64,000 nucleotides of DNA, taken from contig CBDCKN010000003.1 of the NCBI GenBank assembly GCA_965218295.1, positions 384,001 to 448,000 of the forward strand, read 5' to 3'. This stretch comes from Longimicrobiales bacterium (lineage in GTDB: Bacteria; Gemmatimonadota; Gemmatimonadetes; Longimicrobiales; Gaopeijiaceae). The notes below the pieces were generated by a model, which saw only the letters and a list, made by a program, of their open reading frames with translations, did not search any database and had not been told where the DNA came from. This document shows positions 41,782-50,775 of the stretch, piece after piece. A program made the translations under genes and the position numbers. Each line of letters begins with the position of its first letter. The first letter of the stretch is position 1.

Positions 41782-42785
41782 AGGCGACCCAGGAGCTGGC
41801 CAAGCATGTAGGGGTGAAGCCCGCGTGTACTGCGCTCAGGGTCTCCCGAGCCACGTTCTACCGTCGTCGGAGTCCAACGACCGGGCATCAGCAGCCCCGC
41901 CCGACCCCCGCCCGGGCCTTGAGCGAGAAGGAACGAGACAGGGTGTTCGACACGCTGTGTTCGGACCGGTTCGTGGACCGCGCCCCGGCCGAGGTCGTGG
42001 CGACGCTGCTCGACGAGGACGTCTACCTGTGCAGCGAGCGTACGATGTATCGCGTTCTGGACTCGCGTGAGGCGGTTCAGGAGCGCCGAGCACAGCGGAG
42101 TCATCCCGAATACAAGAAACCCGAGCTGATGGCGACGGGCCCGAACCAGGTCTGGTCCTGGGATATCACCCGGCTGCTGGGGCCGAAGAAGTGGAGCTAC
42201 TTCTACCTCTACGTCATCCTGGACATCTTCAGCCGCTACGTGCCGGGATGGATGGTGGCGGATCGGGAGAACTCCGCCTTGGCCGGCCGGCTGATCCAGC
42301 AGAGTTGCCTCAAGCATGGCGTCCAGCCCCAGGTCCTGACCCTGCACTCCGATCGAGGGGCTCCGATGACGAGCCAATGCACGGCTCAGCTACTCGCCGA
42401 TCTCGGCGTGACCCGCTCTTTGAGCCGACCCCAGGTCTCGGATGACAATCCGTTCTCCGAGGCTCAGTTCAAGACCTTGAAGTACCATCCCTCGTTTCCC
42501 GGGTGGTTCGGGGATCAGAACCAGGCCAAGACATTCTGTCGCTCGTTCTTCCCTTGGTACAATACCGAGCACCGCCATGGCGGCATCTCGATGCTGACGC
42601 CCGAACAGGTCCACTTCGGTCTCGCCGATCAGGTCATCGCCCGCAGGAAGGCAGTGCTCCGCGAAGCCTGGACCGCTCATCCCGACCGCTTCGTCTCCGG
42701 TGAGCCGAAGCCTAAACCACTCCCGGAGGCCGTCTGGATCAATCCTCCAAGCCCCACCCTCACTGCACAGGAGATCGCTCTCTAA
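41778..42785 (+). CDS. IS3-like transposase OrfB (integrase core DDE)
   Basis: PNQVWSWDIT, LDIFSRY, HSDRG, DNPFSEAQFKTLK; ATGA overlap with orfA. Confidence 0.95.
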   Translation: MKATQELAKHVGVKPACTALRVSRATFYRRRSPTTGHQQPRPTPARALSEKERDRVFDTLCSDRFVDRAPAEVVATLLDEDVYLCSERTMYRVLDSREAVQERRAQRSHPEYKKPELMATGPNQVWSWDITRLLGPKKWSYFYLYVILDIFSRYVPGWMVADRENSALAGRLIQQSCLKHGVQPQVLTLHSDRGAPMTSQCTAQLLADLGVTRSLSRPQVSDDNPFSEAQFKTLKYHPSFPGWFGDQNQAKTFCRSFFPWYNTEHRHGGISMLTPEQVHFGLADQVIARRKAVLREAWTAHPDRFVSGEPKPKPLPEAVWINPPSPTLTAQEIAL

Positions 42786-43410
42786 TTGTTTCACCCAAGT
42801 GTCTCATCGGGGTTGACAGGCTCCGTCTTAATCCCCGTTCCGGGCGACATCCGCGAGATGGGCCTGGTAGACCGTGAGGAGCGGCTAAGGGCCTGGTGGG
42901 GGGCCGTGAAGGCACCACTGAACCCCGTAGACGCTGGTCTGCTCATGGAGCGACTGAGCTTCATGTACGGGGAACACTACCCTGAGATGAAGCCCTTCCT
43001 GAGCGAGGAAACGATAGAGGCGGTCGAGAAGAAGTACGGCCCCGTTGACCTGATTGCTGTGGGTTCCCATGGACACATGCGCGGCCTCTTGCGACGCGAT
43101 ATCAAGCGGGCTGCGAAGCAATTGGGGGTTGATCTTGGGGCCGTCCTCGGGAAATCGGGCGGCGAGTACGAAGAGTCCCTGAAGGCGCTTGAGTTGGGCG
43201 ACCTCTCTGTCTACCCACCGGCGGAGCAGTTGAAGCGAGCCCGCGATCACTTCGTCGATGTCGTTGCGGAGGTGGAGACGGGGGGTGCTAGTCGTGCCAA
43301 AGTGGATGAGGCCAAAGATACGCTCTTGGAGAAGAGCCGAGCGTATAACGCAAGCGGTCCGGGCTACGTGAAGGACTTTGAGCTTATTCAGGAGTCATTG
43401 AAGCGGCTGG

Positions 43411-44322
43411 CTATGCCGTCAAGCTTCGATAGCGAAGAGCCTTCCCGTCAAGAATCCGAAGAAGAAGATCCCGGAAAATGAGCGGGTTATCCCTGTTGTT
43501 GAAGCGCCATTCAAGCTCTTCGAGGTAACGGTCCATATGCTTCACGCTGATCTTGTGGAAGGCACCCATGACGGAACGCTTGAACAGGCTCCACATGCCT
43601 TCGACGCTGTTCGTGTGGACATCGCCCACGACCCATTCGTCGAGGTTGTGCTGCACGGTGTCATGCTCGATGCCCATACGGTCCCCGAGGCCACGGTAGG
43701 CCGGAAACTCGTCGGTGTAGATGGCGAGGGCTTCATCGGTGACGGTGCGCTTGATGAAGTCGTCCAAGGTGGCCCGTTTCGTGTTCGGGATGCGCTCCAG
43801 GCGGACGCGCCCGTCACGCTGCACGGCACCCACGACGATGGACTTGTTGGTCGTCGAGTAGGGTCCTCTGCCCTTGCCTCGCTGGCGACCACCGACAAAC
43901 GTCTCGTCCACTTCGATGATCCCGAACAGCGTCGGTCCCTCGAAGCGGTCGGTAGTCATGGCCTCACGGATGCGGTGACAGAGGTGCCAAGCGGTCTTGT
44001 AGGAGACTCCGAGGGTGCGCTTCATCTGGTTCGCGCTGATCCCCTTCTTAGACTCGATCATCAGGTACATGGCCACGAACCACTTCCGCAGAGGAAGCTT
44101 GGTGTTGTCGAAGATCGTCCCCGAGGTCACAGAGAAGCGGTAGCGGCATCCGTTGCAATCGAACTGGTCCCGAGTGGTGATCTCGGATACGGACATGTCA
44201 CCGCAACGCGGGCAGGCGACACCAGACGGCCAGCGCAGCTTTTCGAGGTATTCCCGGCAGGTCTCTTCGGTTCCGAAGCGATCCATCAACGACATCAGAT
44301 TGATATTGGCGGTGCTAGACAT
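43411..44322 (-). CDS. IS1595-family transposase
   Basis: LRWP..CPRCG/CNGC Zn ribbon, EVDETFVGG, IYTDE, HTNSVEGMWS, YLEELEWRFN. Confidence 0.96.
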   Translation of the reverse strand: MSSTANINLMSLMDRFGTEETCREYLEKLRWPSGVACPRCGDMSVSEITTRDQFDCNGCRYRFSVTSGTIFDNTKLPLRKWFVAMYLMIESKKGISANQMKRTLGVSYKTAWHLCHRIREAMTTDRFEGPTLFGIIEVDETFVGGRQRGKGRGPYSTTNKSIVVGAVQRDGRVRLERIPNTKRATLDDFIKRTVTDEALAIYTDEFPAYRGLGDRMGIEHDTVQHNLDEWVVGDVHTNSVEGMWSLFKRSVMGAFHKISVKHMDRYLEELEWRFNNRDNPLIFRDLLLRILDGKALRYRSLTA

Positions 44323-44482
44323 GGTTGATTCCACCAAGCGCAGAGAGAAGGACCGGCTCCCCAAGGACGTGAGCAAACTCACGGGAGACGAGATCATGCA
44401 GAAGGTGTTCAGCAAACGCGTCGTGAAGGAGTTGAAACGCGTGGCTCAGGAAAGCGAGCCGAAAGAGCCGAAAACCGAGTAA
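44321..44482 (+). CDS. Small K/E-rich protein in the IS1595 end, antisense to the transposase leader
   Basis: MVDSTKRREKDRLPKDVSKLTGDEIMQKVFSKRVVKELKRVAQESEPKEPKTE; protein-like composition. Confidence 0.5.
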   Translation: MVDSTKRREKDRLPKDVSKLTGDEIMQKVFSKRVVKELKRVAQESEPKEPKTE

Positions 44483-44497
44483 CGATGCCATACAATC

Positions 44498-44526
44498 AAT
44501 ATACTGCGATAGGGACAGCCGTGCAA
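44498..44526 (-). promoter_or_regulatory. Transposase promoter overlapping the IR
   Basis: TTGCAC-N17-TATATT. Confidence 0.75.
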
Positions 44527-45401
44527 GATATATACAATCGCCAATCGTTTTCTCCGGCTGCTTCACCTCCCCACCCACCGCGGCGATCAGGTCGAAGCCC
44601 TGCAGCGCGATGAACGTGTAACCCATGGCCTGGACCAGGCCCTGACCACCGGTCTCCAGGAAGGGCTGGAAGCTCGCCGTCAGCTCCCCGAGGGTGGGCG
44701 GGCGAGTCATCAAGACCCAGAAGCCTGCCGCGATGAGGCCGGCGAATACGACCATCTTCCCGACCGTCGCCCACTGGCCGCTCTGGGCCGTCGAGCGCGA
44801 GAGGCTCCAGACGTAGTAGCCCACGGCGGCCAGCGCGTACAGCAGCATGGCGAATCGGCCGCCGAGCCATCCCGGAGGCGTGCCTCCGGCAGCCCGGACG
44901 AGCTGCTCGAGGACGGGGATCAGGAAGACGGCGAACCCGAGGGCGTAGAGCACCGCTGCCACCACCGATGCGAACCACACCACCCAACCCACCGCAAAGG
45001 CCGCCTCGACCGTCAGTACCTTGCGGGCATAGGTGTAAGTGCCTCCGGACTCGGGAAAACGAGAGGCAAGCTCCGCAAAGGACAGAGCCGTTAGCACGGC
45101 GATGGCGCCGTTCACGGCAAAGGCGACGATGGCGCTGGGTCCGGTCGTGGCAAACGCGACGCCGGCAAGGGCGAGCACCCCGCCGCCCACAATGGCACCG
45201 ACGCCTACACCGGTGGCGCCCCAAAGGCCTAAGGTTCTGTGGCCGTGGCTGTCCGATCGCGACATGGCGTGAAGGATAGACGAACGACCGGCTTTCCGGG
45301 AGGCGTGGGCCGCGTGCCGGAGGGAGACGAGCCGTCTCGGCCGCATCCCGGGGGAAGACCAACCGTCTCAGCCCCGTCCCGACCCCCCGTCTGCCCGTCG
45401 C

Positions 45402-46157
45402 TCAGATCGTCTCCAGCACCTCTACGCGGACCCAGCCGACCTTCCCATCCTCCAAAACCACCTCGGCCCATTCTTCGGCACGGCGGTCCACCCTTACCTT
45501 GGTGCCTTCGTGGACCGTGAAGATCGTGAGGGTCTCGTCGTCGACGGGAGCGCTCATGACGTCTACCTGCGGCTCCAGGACTACCGCCTCCTCCGCCTGA
45601 CCGATCTCCAGCTCCCGGATGGCCAGATTGAGCCCCAGGACCAACAGGACCCCACCGGTACCGAGCGCCACGCGTCCGCCCCAGACTGCGGAAGGCGCTC
45701 CGCGCTTAAGGATGAGCACGATCACCCCGCCCATGGCGGCTACGTACGCCGAGACCACCAGAAGGACGAGGAGTGATCTGGGCAGGAGGTCGACCCACCA
45801 GCTCCAGGCGTCCAGCACCCAGAACCTCGGGAGGGGCTCGATCTCGTCGGCCGTGAGCGACCGGGCCAGATCGAGGTTCGCCCGCACGTCCTCGTCACGG
45901 GGGAGGAGGCGCCGGGCCCGCTCATAGTAGAGGATGGCCCGTGCCAGATCGCCGCTCTTGAAGTACGAATTGCCGATGTTGTAGTAGACCTGTCCGCTCT
46001 CAAAGCCGGCCTCGACCACCCTCAGGTAGCTGGAGAGGGCTCCCTCGAAGTCGCCCTCCTGATAGAGTCGGTTGCCCTCCTGGTAGAACTCCACCTGAGC
46101 GGATCCCGTTCCGGGAACGAAAACCGCCAGAGCGGAGAGCAGAACGGCGGCCCTCAT
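45402..46157 (-). CDS. batE: BatE-like TPR + SH3 protein
   Basis: YYNIGNSYFKSGDLARAILYYERA, FTVHEGTKV, DGKVGWV. Confidence 0.88.
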   Translation of the reverse strand: MRAAVLLSALAVFVPGTGSAQVEFYQEGNRLYQEGDFEGALSSYLRVVEAGFESGQVYYNIGNSYFKSGDLARAILYYERARRLLPRDEDVRANLDLARSLTADEIEPLPRFWVLDAWSWWVDLLPRSLLVLLVVSAYVAAMGGVIVLILKRGAPSAVWGGRVALGTGGVLLVLGLNLAIRELEIGQAEEAVVLEPQVDVMSAPVDDETLTIFTVHEGTKVRVDRRAEEWAEVVLEDGKVGWVRVEVLETI

Positions 46158-47998
46158 GACAGACCCTCCTGGACGGCGGTCATGGCCCTGGCCGCCCGCT
46201 CGAAGAAGGCGGCCCGCTCCTCGTCGCCGGAGCCCGGGGGAGCGAAGCGCGCCCGGTCGCACGCGCCCAGGCACTCCAGGTATTCCTCGACCGCATCCGG
46301 TGAGACCCCACGCTCGTGGAGCTCTGGCTCGGCGCTGTCGGACATGAAGCCGGCCTCGGCGACGTTGAGCTTGTCGGCGAGGAAGCCCCGCAGGGCCCGC
46401 TCAACCTCCGCGTAGAAGCCCCGTGCATCATCCCCGGACATTGCCGACTGCGCCCGACCCAGGCGCTTCCTCGCTACGCGGCTGGCCCGACGGCCCCGGG
46501 CGTACGCCACGTCGCCTTCCAGGCGGTCCTGGTGCCACCTGAGGCCCAACGCCCCGATCATGGCAACCAGCGGGAGCAGGGTCACGATCCAGAAACCCGG
46601 AGAATCGAAGATCGAGGCGTCGGCCACGGCGAAGCGCACGGGAGCGATCTGGATGAACCGGATATCCTCCCGAACCGTCTCCACGCCGGTGCGTACACCG
46701 GCCGCGATCACCACGGCGTCCCCGGTCACCTCCAGAGCCAACGGGCGGGTCGCCGCCGTGGCGTAGCGCCCACTCCCTGCATCGAAGTAGCTCATCTCGA
46801 TAGAGGGGATGGTCTTCTCGCCCGGCGTCCTGGGGATCAGAACGTAGTCGAAGGTCTTGGTCCCGCTGATGCGAGTCCCGCTTCGGTCGATGGACTCCGA
46901 GACCTCCGGGGGGAAAACCTCGAAGTCACGGGAGAAATCGATCGTGGGCGCCGCGAGCGCTCGGAGGTTCCCTTCGCCGGAGACCGTGACGGAAAGCGTC
47001 ACGGCCTCGTTCGTCTCTACATCGGCTCGATCGATGGAAGCCGTGACGTCGAGCCGGCCCACGAGACCCGTGAAGCTCTCGGGCCGGCCGGCCTGGGGCA
47101 GCGGCAGCACCTCGATGACCACGGGGTCGGACGCCACCACAGTGGGCACCAGTGAGCCGAAGAGAGAGCTGCGGTTAAAGAAATCCTCGAAGGGGTCCCG
47201 CGACTGCCGCTGCACCCTGACCCTGGCTTCCACGCTGAGGGGCTCGACGGTCCTGGTGCCGGGCCCCGTGGGGAAGAGCACGGCGTGCCTGAGGACGGCG
47301 GTGGCGTACTGTACTCCATCCCTCACCACCTGCTCGACCTGGGGGCTCTGCGTCTGGGGCACATCCTCAACCCAGAAGCCCTCGTTTCCCGCGGTCTGCG
47401 TGATACTGTAGGAGCTGACGTTGACGCGCGTGAAGAGGCGGTACTGCACCACGACGGGCTCGTTCTCGTAGACCCGGCGCTTGCTGACCTCGGCCACCAC
47501 GAACAGGTCCTCTGGGCTCACGCTCGAAGGGTCCTCGGGGGGAGGGCCGGCACCCGGCGGAGGCGGCGGGGCGGCGGACACGGTGAGCGTCACCGGCTCG
47601 GTCCCGAGAACCCGCCCCCCCGCCCGAACCGTGACGGGGCCGATGTCGAAGGTGCCCTCCTCGATGGCCTGGTAGCGATACTGGACGATCAGCGAGACCG
47701 TGGTGACCCCGTTGATCATCTGCATGTTGGTGGAGCTGCTGGCGCCCAGGTAACGGGCGAAGCTCCCCATGACCGGAAGCTCCGGATCGGTGTCGGTCCG
47801 CTGCGTGCCCGTCACCTCGACGTTTAGCACGAACTGCCTGTTGAGGCCCACTGTGGCGGGGGTGAGGAAGGCCCGGGCGGTCACTTCCTGGGCCGCCGTG
47901 TGGGCCGGGGCCACCGTGCCAACAAGGAACGCGACCCACAACAAGGGCCATGATGCCTTCCTCGAGATCGCCCACGACACGGTGCGAGCCACGCTCAT
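46154..47998 (-). CDS. batD: BatD family protein
   Basis: SSSTNMQMING, VYENEPVVV, FTGLVG, VSGEGNL; position in Bat operon. Confidence 0.9.
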   Translation of the reverse strand: MSVARTVSWAISRKASWPLLWVAFLVGTVAPAHTAAQEVTARAFLTPATVGLNRQFVLNVEVTGTQRTDTDPELPVMGSFARYLGASSSTNMQMINGVTTVSLIVQYRYQAIEEGTFDIGPVTVRAGGRVLGTEPVTLTVSAAPPPPPGAGPPPEDPSSVSPEDLFVVAEVSKRRVYENEPVVVQYRLFTRVNVSSYSITQTAGNEGFWVEDVPQTQSPQVEQVVRDGVQYATAVLRHAVLFPTGPGTRTVEPLSVEARVRVQRQSRDPFEDFFNRSSLFGSLVPTVVASDPVVIEVLPLPQAGRPESFTGLVGRLDVTASIDRADVETNEAVTLSVTVSGEGNLRALAAPTIDFSRDFEVFPPEVSESIDRSGTRISGTKTFDYVLIPRTPGEKTIPSIEMSYFDAGSGRYATAATRPLALEVTGDAVVIAAGVRTGVETVREDIRFIQIAPVRFAVADASIFDSPGFWIVTLLPLVAMIGALGLRWHQDRLEGDVAYARGRRASRVARKRLGRAQSAMSGDDARGFYAEVERALRGFLADKLNVAEAGFMSDSAEPELHERGVSPDAVEEYLECLGACDRARFAPPGSGDEERAAFFERAARAMTAVQEGLS

Positions 47999-48006
47999 CA
48001 CTTGGC

Positions 48007-48747
48007 CTACCAGGGTTTCTTCGGCCGGCGACCCCGGGCGGGTTGGGCCGGGCGTCGGTTCACATCGTCCGGATCTTCCTGGACGGCTTGCAGCAGCCGC
48101 TCGGCTTCCTCCTGGCTCATCTGGCCGGGAGCCTCCTGAGGCTGTTGCTGCTCCTCGGGAGAGTCCTGGGGGTCCTGCTCTCCCTGTTTTTGCTGGTCCT
48201 GATCATCCTGCTGCTGGTCACCCCGGTCCTGTTGGTCCTGTTGCTGTTGCTGCTGGTCCTGATCCTGGTCCTCTGGCTCTCCTTCGCTGTTCTGCTGCTG
48301 GTCCTGTTGCTGCTGTTGAAGCTGCTCCAGGACTCGCTCCAGGTTGTGCTTGTAGTCCGTCTCCCCGGGGTTGCTGCGGAGGGCCTGCTTGAAGGCTTCC
48401 AGGCTCTCTTCAAGCTGCTGGCCCCGATAGAGGGCGTTACCGAGGTTGTACCAGGCCGGTCCGGCCAACGACGGATCTCCGCTCTCGATGGCCTGGCGAT
48501 AGGCGTCGAGAGCCCTCTCGTACTCCTCGGTCTGGTAGAGGGCATTGCCGTCGTTGAAGAGGACCAGGGGCGAATTCGGCGCATCCCGTAGCGCCTCGAG
48601 ATACCTCTCGTGCGCCTCCTCGAAGAGACCCTCCTCGTAGAGACGGTTGCCTTCGTTCACCTGGGTACGACCCCGTTGGGCGGCTGCTCCGGAAGGCAAT
48701 CCTGCAAACAACACAGCGGCCGTCACGAGTCCAAGGCTCAGCCTCAT
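48007..48747 (-). CDS. batC: BatC-like TPR protein with Q/D-rich linker
   Basis: TPRs (AWYNLGNALY), poly-Q region, MSQEEAERLL, terminal KPW. Confidence 0.88.
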   Translation of the reverse strand: MRLSLGLVTAAVLFAGLPSGAAAQRGRTQVNEGNRLYEEGLFEEAHERYLEALRDAPNSPLVLFNDGNALYQTEEYERALDAYRQAIESGDPSLAGPAWYNLGNALYRGQQLEESLEAFKQALRSNPGETDYKHNLERVLEQLQQQQQDQQQNSEGEPEDQDQDQQQQQQDQQDRGDQQQDDQDQQKQGEQDPQDSPEEQQQPQEAPGQMSQEEAERLLQAVQEDPDDVNRRPAQPARGRRPKKPW

Positions 48748-49775
48748 GAGAACCTCCCCGCCCATGCCTCTTCCTTCCGTCGTCGGTCCGACATGAGGCC
48801 CTCCACCAACAGAAGCAGTAGCGCCATCCCGAGGAAGATCTGGAACTGCTCCTCGAATTGAGTCACCTCCCGGGCCTCCAGCTCCCGGCCATCGCCGCCT
48901 GTGATCTCGTCAATGAGGGCGTCCAGATTCGCCCCGGGATCCGTGGCCGGAAAGTACCTGCCCCCGGTAGCCCGGGAGATGCGCTGCAGCGTCGCCTCAT
49001 CCAGACGGGTGGTCACCACGTTCCCCTCGGCATCCCGCTTGAAGCCACTCCGTACTCCAGCCTGGTCCACCTCCGGGATGGGGACACCGTCCAGGGACCC
49101 GATCCCCACCGTGTGAATCTGAACCCCTTCCTGCACCGCGCGCTCCAGGGCGCTGTCGATCTCACCCTCGTGGTCCTCGCCGTCGGTGACGATCAGCAGA
49201 ACCCGGTGGTCGCGGGTGCCCTCCTCGAAGGCGTCGAGGGCCACCGTCAGGGCCTCACCCAGGTCGGTTCCCTGGATGGGAATCAGGCCGGGCTCCATGG
49301 AGTTCAGAAACATGGCCGCCACACCGTAGTCCACGGTCAGAGGTGCTTGCACGAAGGCGTTCCCGGCGAAGGCGACCAGGCCGATGCGGTCGCCATCCAG
49401 GCGCAGGAGAATCCGCATGATCTCGAGTCGGGCCCTCTCCAGCCGGTTCGGGGTGACGTCCTCGGCGAGCATGGACAGCGATACGTCCAGGGCCACCATC
49501 ACGTCCTGCCCCTGGCTCCGCACGGTCTCCACGCGGGTCCCGAACTGGGGTCTGGCCAGCGCCAGCACCAGGAACGCCACGGCGACCAACAACAGGACGC
49601 TCTTGGCCGCTCTTCCCCTCCGGCTCACGGACGCGCTCAGCTTCTGAACCAGCTCCAGGTCGCCGAAACGTGCCAGGGCCTGTCTGCGTGCCCTGAGCGC
49701 TCCCCAGAAGAACGCAGCCAGGGCCGGGACTAGGAGCAGTGCGAAGAGCGTCTCCATAGATGCGAAGCGGAACAA
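48744..49775 (-). CDS. batB: BatB-like VWA protein
   Basis: TTG start after AGGAG; ALARPQFG, DVSLSM, TDGEDHEG. Confidence 0.9.
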   Translation of the reverse strand: MFRFASMETLFALLLVPALAAFFWGALRARRQALARFGDLELVQKLSASVSRRGRAAKSVLLLVAVAFLVLALARPQFGTRVETVRSQGQDVMVALDVSLSMLAEDVTPNRLERARLEIMRILLRLDGDRIGLVAFAGNAFVQAPLTVDYGVAAMFLNSMEPGLIPIQGTDLGEALTVALDAFEEGTRDHRVLLIVTDGEDHEGEIDSALERAVQEGVQIHTVGIGSLDGVPIPEVDQAGVRSGFKRDAEGNVVTTRLDEATLQRISRATGGRYFPATDPGANLDALIDEITGGDGRELEAREVTQFEEQFQIFLGMALLLLLVEGLMSDRRRKEEAWAGRFS

Positions 49776-49785
49776 CTGTCGTCTC

Positions 49786-50775
49786 CTACGGCAGTTTACG
49801 GAGAACCGTCTGACCCAAGCCCACCTCCAGGACCAGCAGCAGAAGCCCTGCGGCCAGCGGGTAGTGGAATAGCTCCCCATATCTGGTGAAGTTGTGAACC
49901 TCGATCTCGGTCGTCTCCAGCTCGTCGATCTCGCGGTAGATCTCGGCGAGGCTCTCCGTGTCCGCGGCCCGGAAGTACCGGCCACCGGTGAGCGCGGCGA
50001 TCTCCTGGAGCGTGGGCTCGTCCACGTCCACCTGGATGTTCACATAGCGACGACCCAATGTGGGATCGTTCACGGGCACCCGCGCCGTCCCGCGGCTCCC
50101 TGCACCGATGGTGTAGACCTTCACCCCCAGGGCCTGGGCCATCTGTGCTGCCGTCACCGGGCCGATCTCCCCCGTGTTGCTGCGTCCGTCGGTGAGGAGG
50201 ACGACCACCTTGGACTCGGCATCGGAGGCCTGCAGGCGCCTCACGGCGGTGGCAAGCCCCATCCCCACGGTGGTTCCGTCCTCGATCATGCCCACCTCCA
50301 TTCGCCCCAGGAGGTCTGTGACGACGGAGTAGTCCAGCGTCAGGGGTGCTTGCGTGAAGGCCTGTCCGGCGAAGACCACGAGCCCGATGCGATCGTTCCG
50401 CCGGCCCAAAACGAAATCGGCCGCCACGGCCTTGGCCGCCTCCAACCGGTTGGGGTCCAGGTCTTCGGCCAGCATGGAGCTGGAGACGTCGATGACCAGG
50501 ACGATGTCGATGCCCTCGGCCGTGACTGTCTCGCTCGTGACCCCAGTCTGCGGGCGGGCGAAAGCGACGATGAGGGCGCCGAAGGCGATGACCCGAAGGA
50601 CGAATAGGCCATGGCGGAAGCGACCCGTCCTTCCGACATCCGATCGCCTCAGTGACTCGACGTTGGAGTACCGAATGGTCCCTGACCGCCGCTTCCGGCG
50701 TGCCACGAAGCCGTACACCATGAAGGGAAGGACGACGAGCAGGATCAGGAACCAGGGATCTTCGAATCGGTACAT
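49786..50775 (-). CDS. batA: BatA-like VWA protein
   Basis: DVSSSM MIDAS motif, PNRLEAAK, LLTDG, TGGRYFRA. Confidence 0.92.
   Translation of the reverse strand: MYRFEDPWFLILLVVLPFMVYGFVARRKRRSGTIRYSNVESLRRSDVGRTGRFRHGLFVLRVIAFGALIVAFARPQTGVTSETVTAEGIDIVLVIDVSSSMLAEDLDPNRLEAAKAVAADFVLGRRNDRIGLVVFAGQAFTQAPLTLDYSVVTDLLGRMEVGMIEDGTTVGMGLATAVRRLQASDAESKVVVLLTDGRSNTGEIGPVTAAQMAQALGVKVYTIGAGSRGTARVPVNDPTLGRRYVNIQVDVDEPTLQEIAALTGGRYFRAADTESLAEIYREIDELETTEIEVHNFTRYGELFHYPLAAGLLLLVLEVGLGQTVLRKLP

Larger units (their letters stand above)
41253..42825 (+). mobile_element. Nested IS3-like element (ends approximate)
   Basis: orfA/orfB pair; subterminal inverted match CTGCCAACTTACGTGAGACAC versus rc CTGTCAACCCCGATGAGACAC. 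Confidence 0.8.
40433..43481 (+). pseudogene. IS1595 passenger gene (N-terminal TM, C2H2-like Zn finger), interrupted by an IS3-like element
   Basis: 40433-41252 plus 42826-43481 rejoin in frame (DAPNRG-VLIPVPGDIREM), about 491 aa; the join is inferred. Confidence 0.6.
40380..44542 (-). mobile_element. IS1595-family element with passenger gene(s)
   Basis: 24-bp IRs GGTGATTGTAACCCTGTTGCACGG / GGCGATTGTATATATCTTGCACGG (18/24); perfect 8-bp TSD AATCGTTT at 40372-40379 and 44543-44550. Confidence 0.95.
38863..45265 (-). pseudogene. APC amino-acid permease with C-terminal USP-like domains, split by an IS1595 element
   Basis: N-part 45265-44543 (RTLGLWGATG...GGEVKQPEKTI) joins C-part 40371-38863 (PRAMLLSL...) in frame, giving 743 aa. 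Confidence 0.93.

Noticed and set aside
48140..48330. CAG/GAC-rich low-complexity tract
   Set aside because: Ordinary Q/D-rich linker of BatC-type proteins.
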